Positions 1-8,243 of a stretch of 33,660 nt of DNA are shown here, in pieces (positions within the stretch are counted from its first letter, which is position 1; each line of letters begins with the position of its first letter). Source of the DNA: a virus (taxonomy: Duplodnaviria; Caudoviricetes); IMG/VR virus record IMGVR_UViG_3300049169_000027, positions 1 to 33,660 of that record. One strand, written 5' to 3'. The notes under the pieces are model-generated. The model searched no databases. It worked only from the letters and a program-made list of their open reading frames with translations, and was not told the DNA's origin. The position numbers and the translations under genes are program-made.

Positions 1-45
1 GGTGGCGGCCGGACGCTCCGGGTCGAACAGGGTCGGCGCGGTCAC
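1..45 (-). CDS. 5' fragment of an early gene running off the left edge (MTAPTLFDPERPAAT...)
   Basis: GTG at 43-45 overlaps the TGA of the upstream ORF (GTGA coupling); frame open to the window edge. Confidence 0.45.
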   Translation of the reverse strand, partial: MTAPTLFDPERPAAT

Positions 46-302
46 GCGGCACCGCCCGGGTGCGGCGCGCTCGTCAGCGGGCCGTGATCGGTGTACGTGC
101 GGCACGTCCAGCACACGCGGCCACCGGTCCGAAGGAACGCATGCAGCCGGTACCGCTCCTCGGCCGGGCACCACGCCTCGTCGTTCACCATGGCCTCGGT
201 CGGCCGCATGAGGACGGTGAGGGGCACCTGCTCCTCGATGACGCGCGGGGCGCGGCGGCGGCCGGCAGGGCGGACGAGCTGACGCAAGCGACGGACGTTC
301 AC
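42..302 (-). CDS. hypothetical phage early protein with Cys motifs (WCPAE...CWTC)
   Basis: GTG start at 302 coupled to the stop of the upstream gene; 86 aa; possible Zn-binding Cys/His. Confidence 0.6.
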   Translation of the reverse strand: MNVRRLRQLVRPAGRRRAPRVIEEQVPLTVLMRPTEAMVNDEAWCPAEERYRLHAFLRTGGRVCWTCRTYTDHGPLTSAPHPGGAA

Positions 303-1216
303 GAGGCCGCCCCCGATCCCGGCTGACGCGCGTCCGGCCACGACGAGTTGCCGTCGCCGCTGGCCCCCTGCTCGGCCGGCCGCTGCTCGCTGTGCTGCCG
401 GGTGATCTCGGCGACCGTCACCCGCTGCTGCGGGAACTCCTCGTCCACGGTGATCTCACCGCGGCGGATGGACTCCGAGATGATCGAGAGCTGGCCGAGG
501 TCGAGGTTCGTCCACTTCCCCGACGGGCGGCCGGACCGGTTCTCTTCGAGCTGCTCGACGGTGACGCCGAGGCCCTCGAAGTGGGCAATGCAGTCGGCGA
601 CGCGCTGCGCGAGGGGCTTGTCCCCTTGGCCCCGCTCGATGGTGTTGGTCGCGATCTCCTTTGCCTGCTCGCGGAACCAGTCCGGGAGCACGGAGAAGAT
701 CATTTCTCGCAGTCGGCGGGCGCCGTTGTTCGAGTTGTTCTCGTAGACGTCCCGCGGGTCCTCCAGCCGGGTCCCGCCGTTGTCCGACGTCCACCGGGTG
801 TGCGGAACGATGAACGTCGTGGAGGCGCGCTCGTTCGTCTCCAGGTCCCACGCCCACGCCTGCATCTCGGACTCGCCGGCGGAGTCGTCGCGGCGCAGCT
901 CGTGCACGCCGTAGTGGATGTTCGTCCAGCAGCGGGCCAGCTCCTTGGCGAACTGGATCGTCTCGCCGGACACCTGCGACTTGCCGCGGCGGAAGCGGAA
1001 GAACGACCGGACAGCCAGGCTGTGCTGCGCGAAGCCCGTGCGCATCTTCGCGATGGCCTGCGCTTCGTTCCGCGGGAACTGGCGGGCCACGATGACGGCG
1101 GCCTGCACTTCGGCGACTGCGCGGGACTGCTCAACCGCGGTGCCCTGCCCGACGAACGACGGTGCCGGGGCGGCCGGGACGGCGAACTGGTGGTCGGTGG
1201 TGGCGGGGTAGTTCAC
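299..1216 (-). CDS. RecT/Erf-like single-strand annealing protein (phage recombinase)
   Basis: Real start is GTG at 1216 (GTGA overlap with the exonuclease stop). AVEQSRAVAEVQAAVIVARQFPR...GETIQFAKELARCWTNIHYG...AWAWDLETN is typical of actinophage SSAPs; lies directly after a RecE-like gene. Confidence 0.7.
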   Translation of the reverse strand: MNYPATTDHQFAVPAAPAPSFVGQGTAVEQSRAVAEVQAAVIVARQFPRNEAQAIAKMRTGFAQHSLAVRSFFRFRRGKSQVSGETIQFAKELARCWTNIHYGVHELRRDDSAGESEMQAWAWDLETNERASTTFIVPHTRWTSDNGGTRLEDPRDVYENNSNNGARRLREMIFSVLPDWFREQAKEIATNTIERGQGDKPLAQRVADCIAHFEGLGVTVEQLEENRSGRPSGKWTNLDLGQLSIISESIRRGEITVDEEFPQQRVTVAEITRQHSEQRPAEQGASGDGNSSWPDARQPGSGAAS

Positions 1217-2103
1217 AGGTACTCCAAGCTGTCGCGGGTCTCGGCCCACGGGGGCAGGGAGACGGGGGCGATTTCGTCGCTGTAGCCGGGCCAGTAGCCG
1301 GTGCGGGTGCACTCGGCGAAGCGCTCCAGGGCGCGGCGGTTGCGGGCGGCGCCGATACGGCGGGACGTCGCGTTCACCTCGATGACGGTGATGACGTACG
1401 GGGCCGTCTTCTCCTGGCAGACGAACACGAACGCGGCCGTCTCGTCGGCGATGCCGAGGGCGTGGCAGGCGGACCGGTACCAGTCGTCTTGCTGGTGGTA
1501 GCCGAAGTCGTCCACGGCCCGCTGAAGCTTCTCGGGGTGGGCTGAGACGCACGTCTTGTAGTCGGGGATGATCAGCCGCCCCGTGCGCGGGTTCGGCAGC
1601 CAGTCCAGGCGGGCGCGGCGCATGACACTGGTGCGGTCGTCGCGCCAGAACAGGGACCGTTCCGGGGTGCCCCGCTCCGGGTCGAACAGCAGGGAGGCGA
1701 CGGGGTGCCGGCGCAGGGCGTCCGCCATCGCGTGCACCTGCTCCCACTCGGCGGGCTTCAGCGGGATCTCGCCAGCCTCGCGGGCCTCGCGTACCGCGGC
1801 CTTCGCCACGTTGGTGTTCCACGTCTCGTGCTCGATCTTGCGGAGCTTGGGCCCGTTGCCGAGGACGAGCTTGTGCGCCGCGTTGCCGATGTCGAAGACC
1901 TTCTTCGGCGGCTGCGGGTGGTCCTGCTTGTAGCGGAAGATCGCGGGGCAGGACGGGTCGAGCAGGTCCCGCGCGCCGCTGGACGACAGGGCGTACCGGT
2001 GGGAGTGGTACTCCTCGTTGGTCATCTCGTAGATGCCGGGCTCGGTGATGGGTTCCGGGCCGGCGGCCGGGGCCTGAGCCCCGGCCTGCACGACGGTCGT
2101 CAT
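1213..2103 (-). CDS. RecE/exonuclease VIII-like PD-(D/E)XK nuclease (DUF3799-type)
   Basis: EEYHSH..LSSS, FDIGNAAHKLVL, RARLDWL, PDYKT, FGYHQQ..WY, FVFVCQEKTAPY motifs. Confidence 0.85.
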   Translation of the reverse strand: MTTVVQAGAQAPAAGPEPITEPGIYEMTNEEYHSHRYALSSSGARDLLDPSCPAIFRYKQDHPQPPKKVFDIGNAAHKLVLGNGPKLRKIEHETWNTNVAKAAVREAREAGEIPLKPAEWEQVHAMADALRRHPVASLLFDPERGTPERSLFWRDDRTSVMRRARLDWLPNPRTGRLIIPDYKTCVSAHPEKLQRAVDDFGYHQQDDWYRSACHALGIADETAAFVFVCQEKTAPYVITVIEVNATSRRIGAARNRRALERFAECTRTGYWPGYSDEIAPVSLPPWAETRDSLEYL

Positions 2104-2354
2104 CAGGCGCCACCCCCGGCGACGGCCACCCACGCGTCGTAGTCCGCCTTCGTCGCGTGGCCGGTGCCGTCCTCGGTATCCGTGCAGACGGGCGCGGTGA
2201 GGGCGGTCGCGGCGGCCAGGGCGAGGAGGGCGTGCCCCTGCCCCTCGGCGGCGAGCGCGGCCCCGGCGACCGGGTCGGCACCGTCGCCGTAGGTGAAGTG
2301 GTGGGCCATGCCGAAGAGGCGCTCGGCCTCGCGGTAGTGCTCGGGGCCGGTCAT
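2103..2354 (-). CDS. hypothetical phage protein (MTGPEHYREAERL...AxAxGHALLALAAAT family)
   Basis: ATG at 2354 with ATGA coupling; recurrent actinophage small-protein motif. Confidence 0.7.
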   Translation of the reverse strand: MTGPEHYREAERLFGMAHHFTYGDGADPVAGAALAAEGQGHALLALAAATALTAPVCTDTEDGTGHATKADYDAWVAVAGGGA

Positions 2355-2599
2355 GAGCGGCCGTCCTTCCTGAGCTTGAGGGTGTAGAAGCGGTCGTTGG
2401 CCGGGCCGTGCTCGTCGAGGTGGCCGCGACGGGCCAGCTCGACGAGGTCCCAACGGGCGGTGTTCCGCTGCGGCGGGCCGCCGGACTTGCGGCGCATCTC
2501 GTGCACGAACCCGGTCGTCCACCGGAAGGTGGGGCGGGTGCGGATGGTGTCGAGGAGCTGCGCGAGACGCTGCTCGCGACTGGACTGCGAGGCGCTCAC
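2351..2599 (-). CDS. small putative winged-helix DNA-binding protein
   Basis: GTG at 2599 coupled to the upstream stop; LLDTIR..RWTT...RNTARWDLVELARRGHL...RFYTL resembles a wHTH. Confidence 0.6.
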   Translation of the reverse strand: MSASQSSREQRLAQLLDTIRTRPTFRWTTGFVHEMRRKSGGPPQRNTARWDLVELARRGHLDEHGPANDRFYTLKLRKDGRS

Positions 2600-2997
2600 C
2601 GGGCACCGCCCGTCTCGGCCATCGCCTTGCGCTGACGACGTCGAGTTCGGTACGCGTTGACGTCCTCGGTGTTGGCCCTCGAGCAGGCCTGGCAACGGCA
2701 GCCGTAGTTCTTGTATGTCGACGCCTTGCCGTGCCCGGCCCGATCGGCCGCCGCCGGGTTCTTCGTCCGGGCTTCGCGGGCCTCCGCGCACTTCACGCGC
2801 TGGGCCTCGCGGCAGGCCTTGCAGCGGCAGCCCTTTGCGTAGGTGCGGTAGTCGCCGTGGCCGTGGTCGACCGGGGGCCGCCCACGGCGTCGCTTCGGCC
2901 GGGACGGGGTCAGCCCGAGCATGTCGAGCAGCTGGCGGCAGTCGTCGGCGTCGCGGGCGTGGTTGGCGACGACGAGCAGCACCTTGCGGGCGCTCAT
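2596..2997 (-). CDS. hypothetical protein with two HG-x(3,4)-Y-x(2,3)-GCRCxxC repeats (putative Zn-binding)
   Basis: HGDYRTYAKGCRCKACREA and HGKASTYKNYGCRCQACSRA; ATG at 2997 coupled to the upstream stop. Confidence 0.75.
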   Translation of the reverse strand: MSARKVLLVVANHARDADDCRQLLDMLGLTPSRPKRRRGRPPVDHGHGDYRTYAKGCRCKACREAQRVKCAEAREARTKNPAAADRAGHGKASTYKNYGCRCQACSRANTEDVNAYRTRRRQRKAMAETGGAR

Positions 2998-3077
2998 CGC
3001 TTGCACCCCTCGGCCACGGCCCAGGCGCCGAGCGCGTACAGCAGCATCGCGGCGAAGATGATCAGGAACGTCAGCAC
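2994..3077 (-). CDS. 27-aa single-TM micropeptide (MLTFLIIFAAMLLYALGAWAVAEGCKR)
   Basis: GTG at 3077 behind GAGGAGG SD; fills the gap between coupled genes; hydrophobic helix. Confidence 0.5.
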   Translation of the reverse strand: MLTFLIIFAAMLLYALGAWAVAEGCKR

Positions 3078-3877
3078 TCGTCGGCCTCCTCGTCGTACTC
3101 GGAGGCGACCTCCAGGGCGGTGACGACGTAGCCGGTGGTGGACTCCTCGTTCTGTCCGGCGGTGACCACCAGCTCGGCGACGCCGTCGTCCTCGTCCTCG
3201 ATCCAGTCGAAGGCGAGGCTGGTCCCCGTCGGCCACGAGTGGCGCTCCTCGGCCTCGCAGTGGGCGCGGGCGGCGGCGGGCGTGAGGTACAGGCCCATCA
3301 CGATCGAGTCGTGCGACGCCTGGTACGCCTTCGGGACGGTCTCGCCCGGCTCCATGGGCGTCCCGGGCGTGGCCTGTTGGAGCAGGTACAGGGCGCCGAG
3401 CGCCATGCTTCCGGGGTCGTCGAGGTCGTGGCAGAGCGCGGCGAGCGCGGCCCGGCCCTCGACGGCGGCTACCTCCAGCTCGGTGACGCGGTCACGAGCG
3501 CGGCCCCACCCCTTCACGGCCGCCTCGGCGTCCTGCGCCTTGGCCGCAAGGTCGACCTCCAGCTCGGCGACGCGGGCCTGAGCCTTGCGCAGCAGTCGGT
3601 CCAACGTCCCCGCCCGGGCCAACTGCGCGGCCACAGCCGCGTGCAGGTGACGGATCTGCTCGACGGGCGTCAGCAGCCGCACCTTGGCGTCGCCGTACGC
3701 GGCCGTCTCCAGCTCGACGACCCGGGCCCGCAGCCGCTCCAGCTCGGCAGCGGTCTCCGGGGACTGGAGCAGCTGCGCCGACTGCAACGCCTCAGCGAGG
3801 AGCATCGGGTTCGACGAGTGGTTACGCATGGCGCGAGCGATCGCATCCGCCGCGCGGAACACCTGGGGCGCGGTCAT
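3071..3877 (-). CDS. hypothetical coiled-coil phage protein
   Basis: 268 aa; repeated ARVxELE heptads; ATGA coupling with the upstream gene. Confidence 0.75.
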   Translation of the reverse strand: MTAPQVFRAADAIARAMRNHSSNPMLLAEALQSAQLLQSPETAAELERLRARVVELETAAYGDAKVRLLTPVEQIRHLHAAVAAQLARAGTLDRLLRKAQARVAELEVDLAAKAQDAEAAVKGWGRARDRVTELEVAAVEGRAALAALCHDLDDPGSMALGALYLLQQATPGTPMEPGETVPKAYQASHDSIVMGLYLTPAAARAHCEAEERHSWPTGTSLAFDWIEDEDDGVAELVVTAGQNEESTTGYVVTALEVASEYDEEADEC

Positions 3878-4224
3878 GCCGCCACCGCCGCGCGGATGTA
3901 GTGCATGACGGACTCACCCATCGGCACCGGCACCGACACCCGCACCGGCACCCGACCACGGGCCCGCGACGGCGGCGTCTCGGTCAGCAGCGTCCACAGC
4001 TCCAGGCCGTCACCGGCCGAGCTGACATGGATCCGGCCGCCCAACTCGCGCAGCCACAGGCCGAGGTCGTCCAGGTCGGCGACCGTCACGAACACGGCGT
4101 CGGGCCGGGCGATCATCGTCGGCGCGGGCAGCGGGGTGTAGTCGAGCAGCACCTCGACGGCGATCCGGTTGTCGCTGGTCTGCCCGTACTCGTGAAGAGT
4201 GCGGACGGTAGTCTCTGTGGCCAT
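3874..4224 (-). CDS. hypothetical phage early protein
   Basis: ATG at 4224 after GAGG SD; 116 aa; coupled to the next gene. Confidence 0.7.
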   Translation of the reverse strand: MATETTVRTLHEYGQTSDNRIAVEVLLDYTPLPAPTMIARPDAVFVTVADLDDLGLWLRELGGRIHVSSAGDGLELWTLLTETPPSRARGRVPVRVSVPVPMGESVMHYIRAAVAA

Positions 4225-4253
4225 CGGTGGCCTCACTTCCTGTGGTGGTGGGG

Positions 4254-4303
4254 TGCGCCGTACGAGGGGTCGCCGGGCCTGCAAGCGGGCGGCCCTTCGG
4301 CGC
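4254..4303 (-). terminator. GC-rich stem-loop in the early operon (terminator or processing site)
   Basis: GCGCCG-AAGGGCCGCC...GGCGACCCCT-CGTA-CGGCGC imperfect inverted repeat in the intergenic gap. Confidence 0.35.
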
Positions 4304-4317
4304 GTTCAGGGGGTGGG

Positions 4318-4494
4318 TCAGGCGGCGTCGGCCGCCGCCGGCACGCGTTCGGTGACGCGGCGAGCCGGCCGAGCGAAGATCGGGCGAAGCGTGTCGACGA
4401 CGTCCGACGGCGGCTCCGGCGTAGCGGCCACGCGCTCGCGGATCTGAGCGATCACCTCGTCGCCGAGGAGCGCTCGCCGTTCGGCGGCCCTCAC
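4318..4494 (-). CDS. 58-aa hypothetical protein (MRAAERRALLGDEVIAQIRERV...), not in the ORF track
   Basis: GTG at 4494 overlaps the cro-like stop (GTGA); open to TGA at 4318; GC-rich third positions. Confidence 0.6.
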   Translation of the reverse strand: MRAAERRALLGDEVIAQIRERVAATPEPPSDVVDTLRPIFARPARRVTERVPAAADAA

Positions 4495-4715
4495 GCCGCA
4501 GCCTCGATCGCGACGCGCTCCATGACCTCGCGAATGTCCAGGTCATATGCCTCGGAGAGGCGCATGGCCGAATTCAGGTCAGGCTGCGCTTCACCCTTGA
4601 GGTACCGGTAGACGGAGGACTCGGAGATCCCGGTTCGGCGGTAGATCTTCCAGCCGGTTGTGTCGCCGTGTGCTGCCGTCTTTTCGAGGAGCTTGGCCAC
4701 GTTCAGGCGGTACAC
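4491..4715 (-). CDS. Cro-like XRE helix-turn-helix regulator
   Basis: GTG at 4715 after GAGAGGAG SD; HTH KIYRRTGISESSVYRYLKGEAQPDL; divergent from the repressor. Confidence 0.8.
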   Translation of the reverse strand: MYRLNVAKLLEKTAAHGDTTGWKIYRRTGISESSVYRYLKGEAQPDLNSAMRLSEAYDLDIREVMERVAIEAAA

Positions 4716-4760
4716 GTACTCACTCCTCTCGTGGGTGTCGCTGCTGGTAGCAGGGGGTTC

Positions 4761-4946
4761 CTTGCTCACGAGGGAGACTCTGCCATGAAAATCCCTCCCT
4801 AGCAAGGGAGCTTGTTGGGCAGGGAGGAGTCTTTTTGGCGTCGAACCTTTGTTCGTCAACTGGAGTGAGCTGTGTTGATGCAGGTTGCTGGCCTGATGGG
4901 GACTCTTGCGGGCCAGGGAGTTTCTGGTTACTCCCTAGGTAGGGAG
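4761..4946. promoter_or_regulatory. genetic switch with five 16-bp operator-like sites CT(C/T)NNN-N4-AGGGAG
   Basis: CTTGCTCACGAGGGAG 4761-4776, CTCCCTAGCAAGGGAG 4795-4810, CTTGTTGGGCAGGGAG 4811-4826, CTTGCGGGCCAGGGAG 4905-4920, CTCCCTAGGTAGGGAG 4931-4946; two have perfect inverted arms. Confidence 0.75.
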
Positions 4947-4961
4947 GTAAAGTGGCGGGCC

Positions 4962-5414
4962 ATGACCGCCCCCCAAGAGCCGACGCCCGCGCAACGATTC
5001 CGCGACGTCGTCGTGCCAGCCGCCGTACGCGCCGGCTACACCGGCCATGGAGCGAAAGCGCGATTCGCTAAAGACACCGGCATGGCCGACAGCACCGTCA
5101 CCCGACTGTGGCAGGGAAAGGCCATACCGGACAGTCGGTTCTTTCAGGGAATCGCAGACGTGACCGGCCTCTACCTGGGCACTCTCCTCGTCGAGGCTGG
5201 CCTGCTCTCACACGAAGCACTTCAGTCACTGTCCGAAACGGATCGGTCGCAGGTAGGCTCAGCACTCACTCCAGAGGAAGCTGCTGACCGCCTAGGGATC
5301 ACAGATGACGTTGGACGAGAAGTGTTCTTTCGAACCATCGATCGTCTCAAGCGTCTCGAAGACGACAACCCTGAGCGCGGCAACGACCACGGAGAGGCAG
5401 CAGCACAGATGTGA
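4962..5414 (+). CDS. CI-like immunity repressor (XRE HTH)
   Basis: ARFAKDTGMADSTVTRLWQGKAIPD HTH; divergent from cro, next to the integrase; ATG 4962 preferred. Confidence 0.75.
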   Translation: MTAPQEPTPAQRFRDVVVPAAVRAGYTGHGAKARFAKDTGMADSTVTRLWQGKAIPDSRFFQGIADVTGLYLGTLLVEAGLLSHEALQSLSETDRSQVGSALTPEEAADRLGITDDVGREVFFRTIDRLKRLEDDNPERGNDHGEAAAQM

Positions 5415-5427
5415 CGCGGGGGTACAC

Positions 5428-5988
5428 ATGGGTCTCACGAGCGGTTCGCGAGCCACACTGGTGGCAGCAGCAGCGGCAATGCTCGGAGGTCTTCCCATAC
5501 TCCTCTACGGCATATGGCGCGACGACACGGCACGCTCCATCGGTGGGGCGTGCCTCGTCGTAACTGCGCTGATCCTCGTCGCACTCGTCCTCATACGGCG
5601 CTGGATAGTCGACACCAGCAACGAGCGCCGGGCCCTGGCCGACGAACAGCGCCAGGCCAGCGAGGCGCACCACCGCTATATCGCCTCACAGGCCGCCCTC
5701 GAAAACGAGCAGGCCCGCCTCAACCGCGACATGGCCACCGAACGCCACCGCATCGCCGCGCAGCTCATCGCCGAACGCGAAGCGATGCGCGACGAGTTCG
5801 AGGAACAGAAGGCCGCCCTCGTCGCCGAGACCATGGAAGTCACCGTGCGGATGTTCCACAACGGCAAGCTCGCGCCGGAGGACGCCCCCCGGAAGAACAA
5901 CCTCATCCAGTTCCCGAAGGAACTCCCGACGCAGGCCCCTTCCCGGCAGCGTGAACGCTCCCGCGAGCATGGCGTGGTTGGGCCCTGA
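5428..5988 (+). CDS. 2-TM membrane protein with cytoplasmic coiled coil, co-transcribed with the repressor
   Basis: Two hydrophobic segments then a heptad-rich region; ATG 5428 13 nt after the repressor stop; 3' end overlaps the integrase antisense. Confidence 0.7.
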   Translation: MGLTSGSRATLVAAAAAMLGGLPILLYGIWRDDTARSIGGACLVVTALILVALVLIRRWIVDTSNERRALADEQRQASEAHHRYIASQAALENEQARLNRDMATERHRIAAQLIAEREAMRDEFEEQKAALVAETMEVTVRMFHNGKLAPEDAPRKNNLIQFPKELPTQAPSRQRERSREHGVVGP

Positions 5989-7462
5989 ACCCCTCCTCGC
6001 CAGCGAACACCAGCGTGATGCGACCAGGCTCGATCGAGCGAACACCACGGGCTCGTGCCCGATTCAGCCGCACGTTCACGCAGGCCCGCACTACGCTCCG
6101 CTGCTGTTCGATCGTCAACGCCTCCCAACGATCCTCTACATCCTCGGCGCCGAGTAGGCCCTTCAGCAGCGGCGGTGCCTGCACCACCTCGGTTGCTTCC
6201 CGAGCCTTCTTGATCTGCGGCAAGAGGGCTGCCTCCAGCGTGGCGAGCGACGCGACCGAGAGCAGAGGCTCACCGGTCTCCTCGTCGAACGTGGCTGCCT
6301 TGTTCCGGGCCTCCTCCATCTGTGCCTCCAAGGCCTTCAGCCGCACCCGGGCCTTGGCCGCCCGAGCCTGCTGCTCGTCCGTACGGAACGCATCCGCGGC
6401 CCGCGTGCGCAGCCAGCCCAACAGGGCCTCCTCGACGTAGCCCTCCAGCAGCTCGGTGCGCATCATCGTGTGATAGCCCTCCGAGCACTGGTACGCCCGT
6501 GCACCCCGGCGCGTCTTCACCGTCCGCAGATGCGGGTGGTGGCTGCACTCACCGCACCGCCCGATCCCCGACAACAGATGCTTCACCGACCAATCCTTGG
6601 TCGTCAGCCGAGCAGGGTCGCTGACGATCTGCTGCACCTGGTCGAACAACTCTTGCGACACGATCGCCGGCCACGTGGCCTTGCCGATGACCTCGCCCCG
6701 GAACACACGCAGCCCGGCATACCCGGGATTCCGGAGCATGTTGGAGACGTGGTAGAGCTGCCACTTCTTACCCGGCCGGCGCTCGCCTTCCTTGCGAAGG
6801 GCCTGCACGATCGAGTACTCGGTTTCGCCAGCGGCGGTCCGTTCGAAGACGTCCAGCACGATCGGCGCCCGTTCCGGGTGTTTGCACTGCTCGATCAGTT
6901 CACCGGTGTCGGGGTCGTAGCGGCGGGCGTAGCCGTAGAGGATGCGGCCGTGCGGGGTGCCCTTCTTCGCGGTGGCCCGGGTCGTACGCAGGTTGCGGTC
7001 TCGGATGCCCTCGGCCTCGTCCTCGGCGGCGATGGCGTCCATCGCGGTCGCCTTGAGGTCCTCGCGCTTCGACAGGTCAAAGACCTGGCCGTTGTAGCAG
7101 AGGAGGACATTGTTCGCCCGGCAGGCGTTGCGCAGCAGGATGTACGCCTCGATGTCGCGGTAGTAGCGGGAGGCCTCGAACGCGACGACGATCTTTCCTT
7201 TGCCGGATTCAATCGCCTCGATCAGTGCCTCGAAGTCCCGGCGCTTGCGCTTCGCGTGGCGGCTGGCGCTGCGGTCTACGTCCTGGTCGAAGACTTCGGC
7301 GATCGGCCAGCCGTACGCCTCGCACATCTCCCGGCCGGTGGCGATCTGGTCGGCGACTGAGCGGCCCTTCTTCTTCGGGTCGCGTGAAGCGCGGCCATAC
7401 AGCAGGGCGTCGAAGACGACGTCCGGATGGACCATATGCAGGTACTCGGGCGCGATCGGCAT
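5903..7462 (-). CDS. int: large serine recombinase / phage integrase
   Basis: YGRASRD catalytic Ser motif, resolvase domain (SRYYRD), recombinase domain (YGYARRY, MLRNPGYAG, WPAIVSQELFDQVQ), Zn ribbon (LLSGIGRCGEC...YQC), coiled coil. Confidence 0.93.
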   Translation of the reverse strand: MPIAPEYLHMVHPDVVFDALLYGRASRDPKKKGRSVADQIATGREMCEAYGWPIAEVFDQDVDRSASRHAKRKRRDFEALIEAIESGKGKIVVAFEASRYYRDIEAYILLRNACRANNVLLCYNGQVFDLSKREDLKATAMDAIAAEDEAEGIRDRNLRTTRATAKKGTPHGRILYGYARRYDPDTGELIEQCKHPERAPIVLDVFERTAAGETEYSIVQALRKEGERRPGKKWQLYHVSNMLRNPGYAGLRVFRGEVIGKATWPAIVSQELFDQVQQIVSDPARLTTKDWSVKHLLSGIGRCGECSHHPHLRTVKTRRGARAYQCSEGYHTMMRTELLEGYVEEALLGWLRTRAADAFRTDEQQARAAKARVRLKALEAQMEEARNKAATFDEETGEPLLSVASLATLEAALLPQIKKAREATEVVQAPPLLKGLLGAEDVEDRWEALTIEQQRSVVRACVNVRLNRARARGVRSIEPGRITLVFAGEEGFRAQPRHARGSVHAAGKGPASGVPSGTG

Positions 7463-7474
7463 GGACCGAGCTTA

Positions 7475-7517
7475 GCGAAAACAGTGCCCACCAGACATTG
7501 TCCGGTGAGAAGTTCGC
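7475..7517. other. candidate attP overlapping the integrase promoter
   Basis: Imperfect inverted repeat CACCAGACA-T-TGTCCGGTG (7489-7507) with outer GCGAA/TTCGC arms, just upstream of int; position typical for serine-integrase attP. Confidence 0.3.
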
Positions 7518-7585
7518 ATAGGGGGGTGCGTTACGGGGAGGGAAGATCGTTGCGCGTGAGGGAGGATCAACGCCCTGAGCTGCGG

Positions 7586-7792
7586 TTACTCGCCCGTGAC
7601 TTCGTCGATCAGCTGAAGCGTGTCGTCGAGGCGGGTACGCAGTCGCTCGATCAGGAGGATAAGGCCGGCGGTCGGAAGCTGGGCGAGGTCCTCGGATCGG
7701 GCGTAATCGAGGTCGCGGCGGGCGAAGTCGATGCGCGCCCGCTGGACGTCGGTCAGGGCCCCCGGAGTTTCGCGGGACTGCTCGTCGGTCAT
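7586..7792 (-). CDS. 68-aa helical hypothetical protein
   Basis: ATG 7792; MTDEQSRE...RIDFARRDLDYARSEDLAQL..LILLIERLRTRLDD. Confidence 0.6.
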   Translation of the reverse strand: MTDEQSRETPGALTDVQRARIDFARRDLDYARSEDLAQLPTAGLILLIERLRTRLDDTLQLIDEVTGE

Positions 7793-7957
7793 GTCGTGCC
7801 ACCTGCCGGGCGTGCGTGGGGGGAGGGGAGGCGTGGGGGGCCGTCCGTAATGGTCAACGCGCCGATTGCCGCAGGTCAATAGGGGGATGATCACGCCATC
7901 CGAACGAGTGTTTTAATCTACGAAACCTTGCGCTCGGCAGGGTAAGCGGTCTCGCGA

Positions 7958-7975
7958 TGTACCACTGATGGTACA
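7958..7975. promoter_or_regulatory. palindrome TGTACCA-CTGA-TGGTACA (probable XRE operator)
   Basis: Perfect 7-bp arms upstream of the XRE gene in an AT-richer divergent intergenic region. Confidence 0.45.
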
Positions 7976-8008
7976 GACATTGATCAACACGGAGTCCAGC
8001 GTGTACCC

Positions 8009-8242
8009 GTGCCGTCCGATCCGATGCCCGACTGGGTCATCACCCGCCGCCGCCAGATCGGAGACAACGTGCGCGCCGTCCGCGTCCGGCGACAGCTCAC
8101 CCAGGAGACACTCGGGGAGTTGACGGGACTGGACCGCAAAACGATCAACAGGATCGAGCAGGGCACCCACGGCACGAACGTCGACTACCTGCTGCTCATC
8201 GCCGCCGCCTTAGATACGCCACTGTCGGAGCTGGTGGCGTGA
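8009..8242 (+). CDS. XRE-family HTH regulator with an in-frame TTA codon
   Basis: IGDNVRAVRVRRQLTQETLGELTGLDRKTINRIEQG HTH_3 motif; TTA at 8210-8212. Confidence 0.85.
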   Translation: MPSDPMPDWVITRRRQIGDNVRAVRVRRQLTQETLGELTGLDRKTINRIEQGTHGTNVDYLLLIAAALDTPLSELVA

Positions 8243-8243
8243 T

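Noticed and set aside
1217-2281. N-terminal 355 aa of the 660-aa ORF 299-2281
   Set aside because: Arg/Pro-rich off-frame overlap of the exonuclease gene; the real protein starts at GTG 1216
3874-4500. C-terminal Ala-Ala endings (EAAA, ADAA, AVAA) as ssrA-like degrons
   Set aside because: Mostly explained by GC-rich codons and SD/start overlap of coupled genes; not distinguishable from chance here
7818-7840. G-run tract as a G-quadruplex
   Set aside because: Short irregular runs, expected in high-GC DNA; no supporting context
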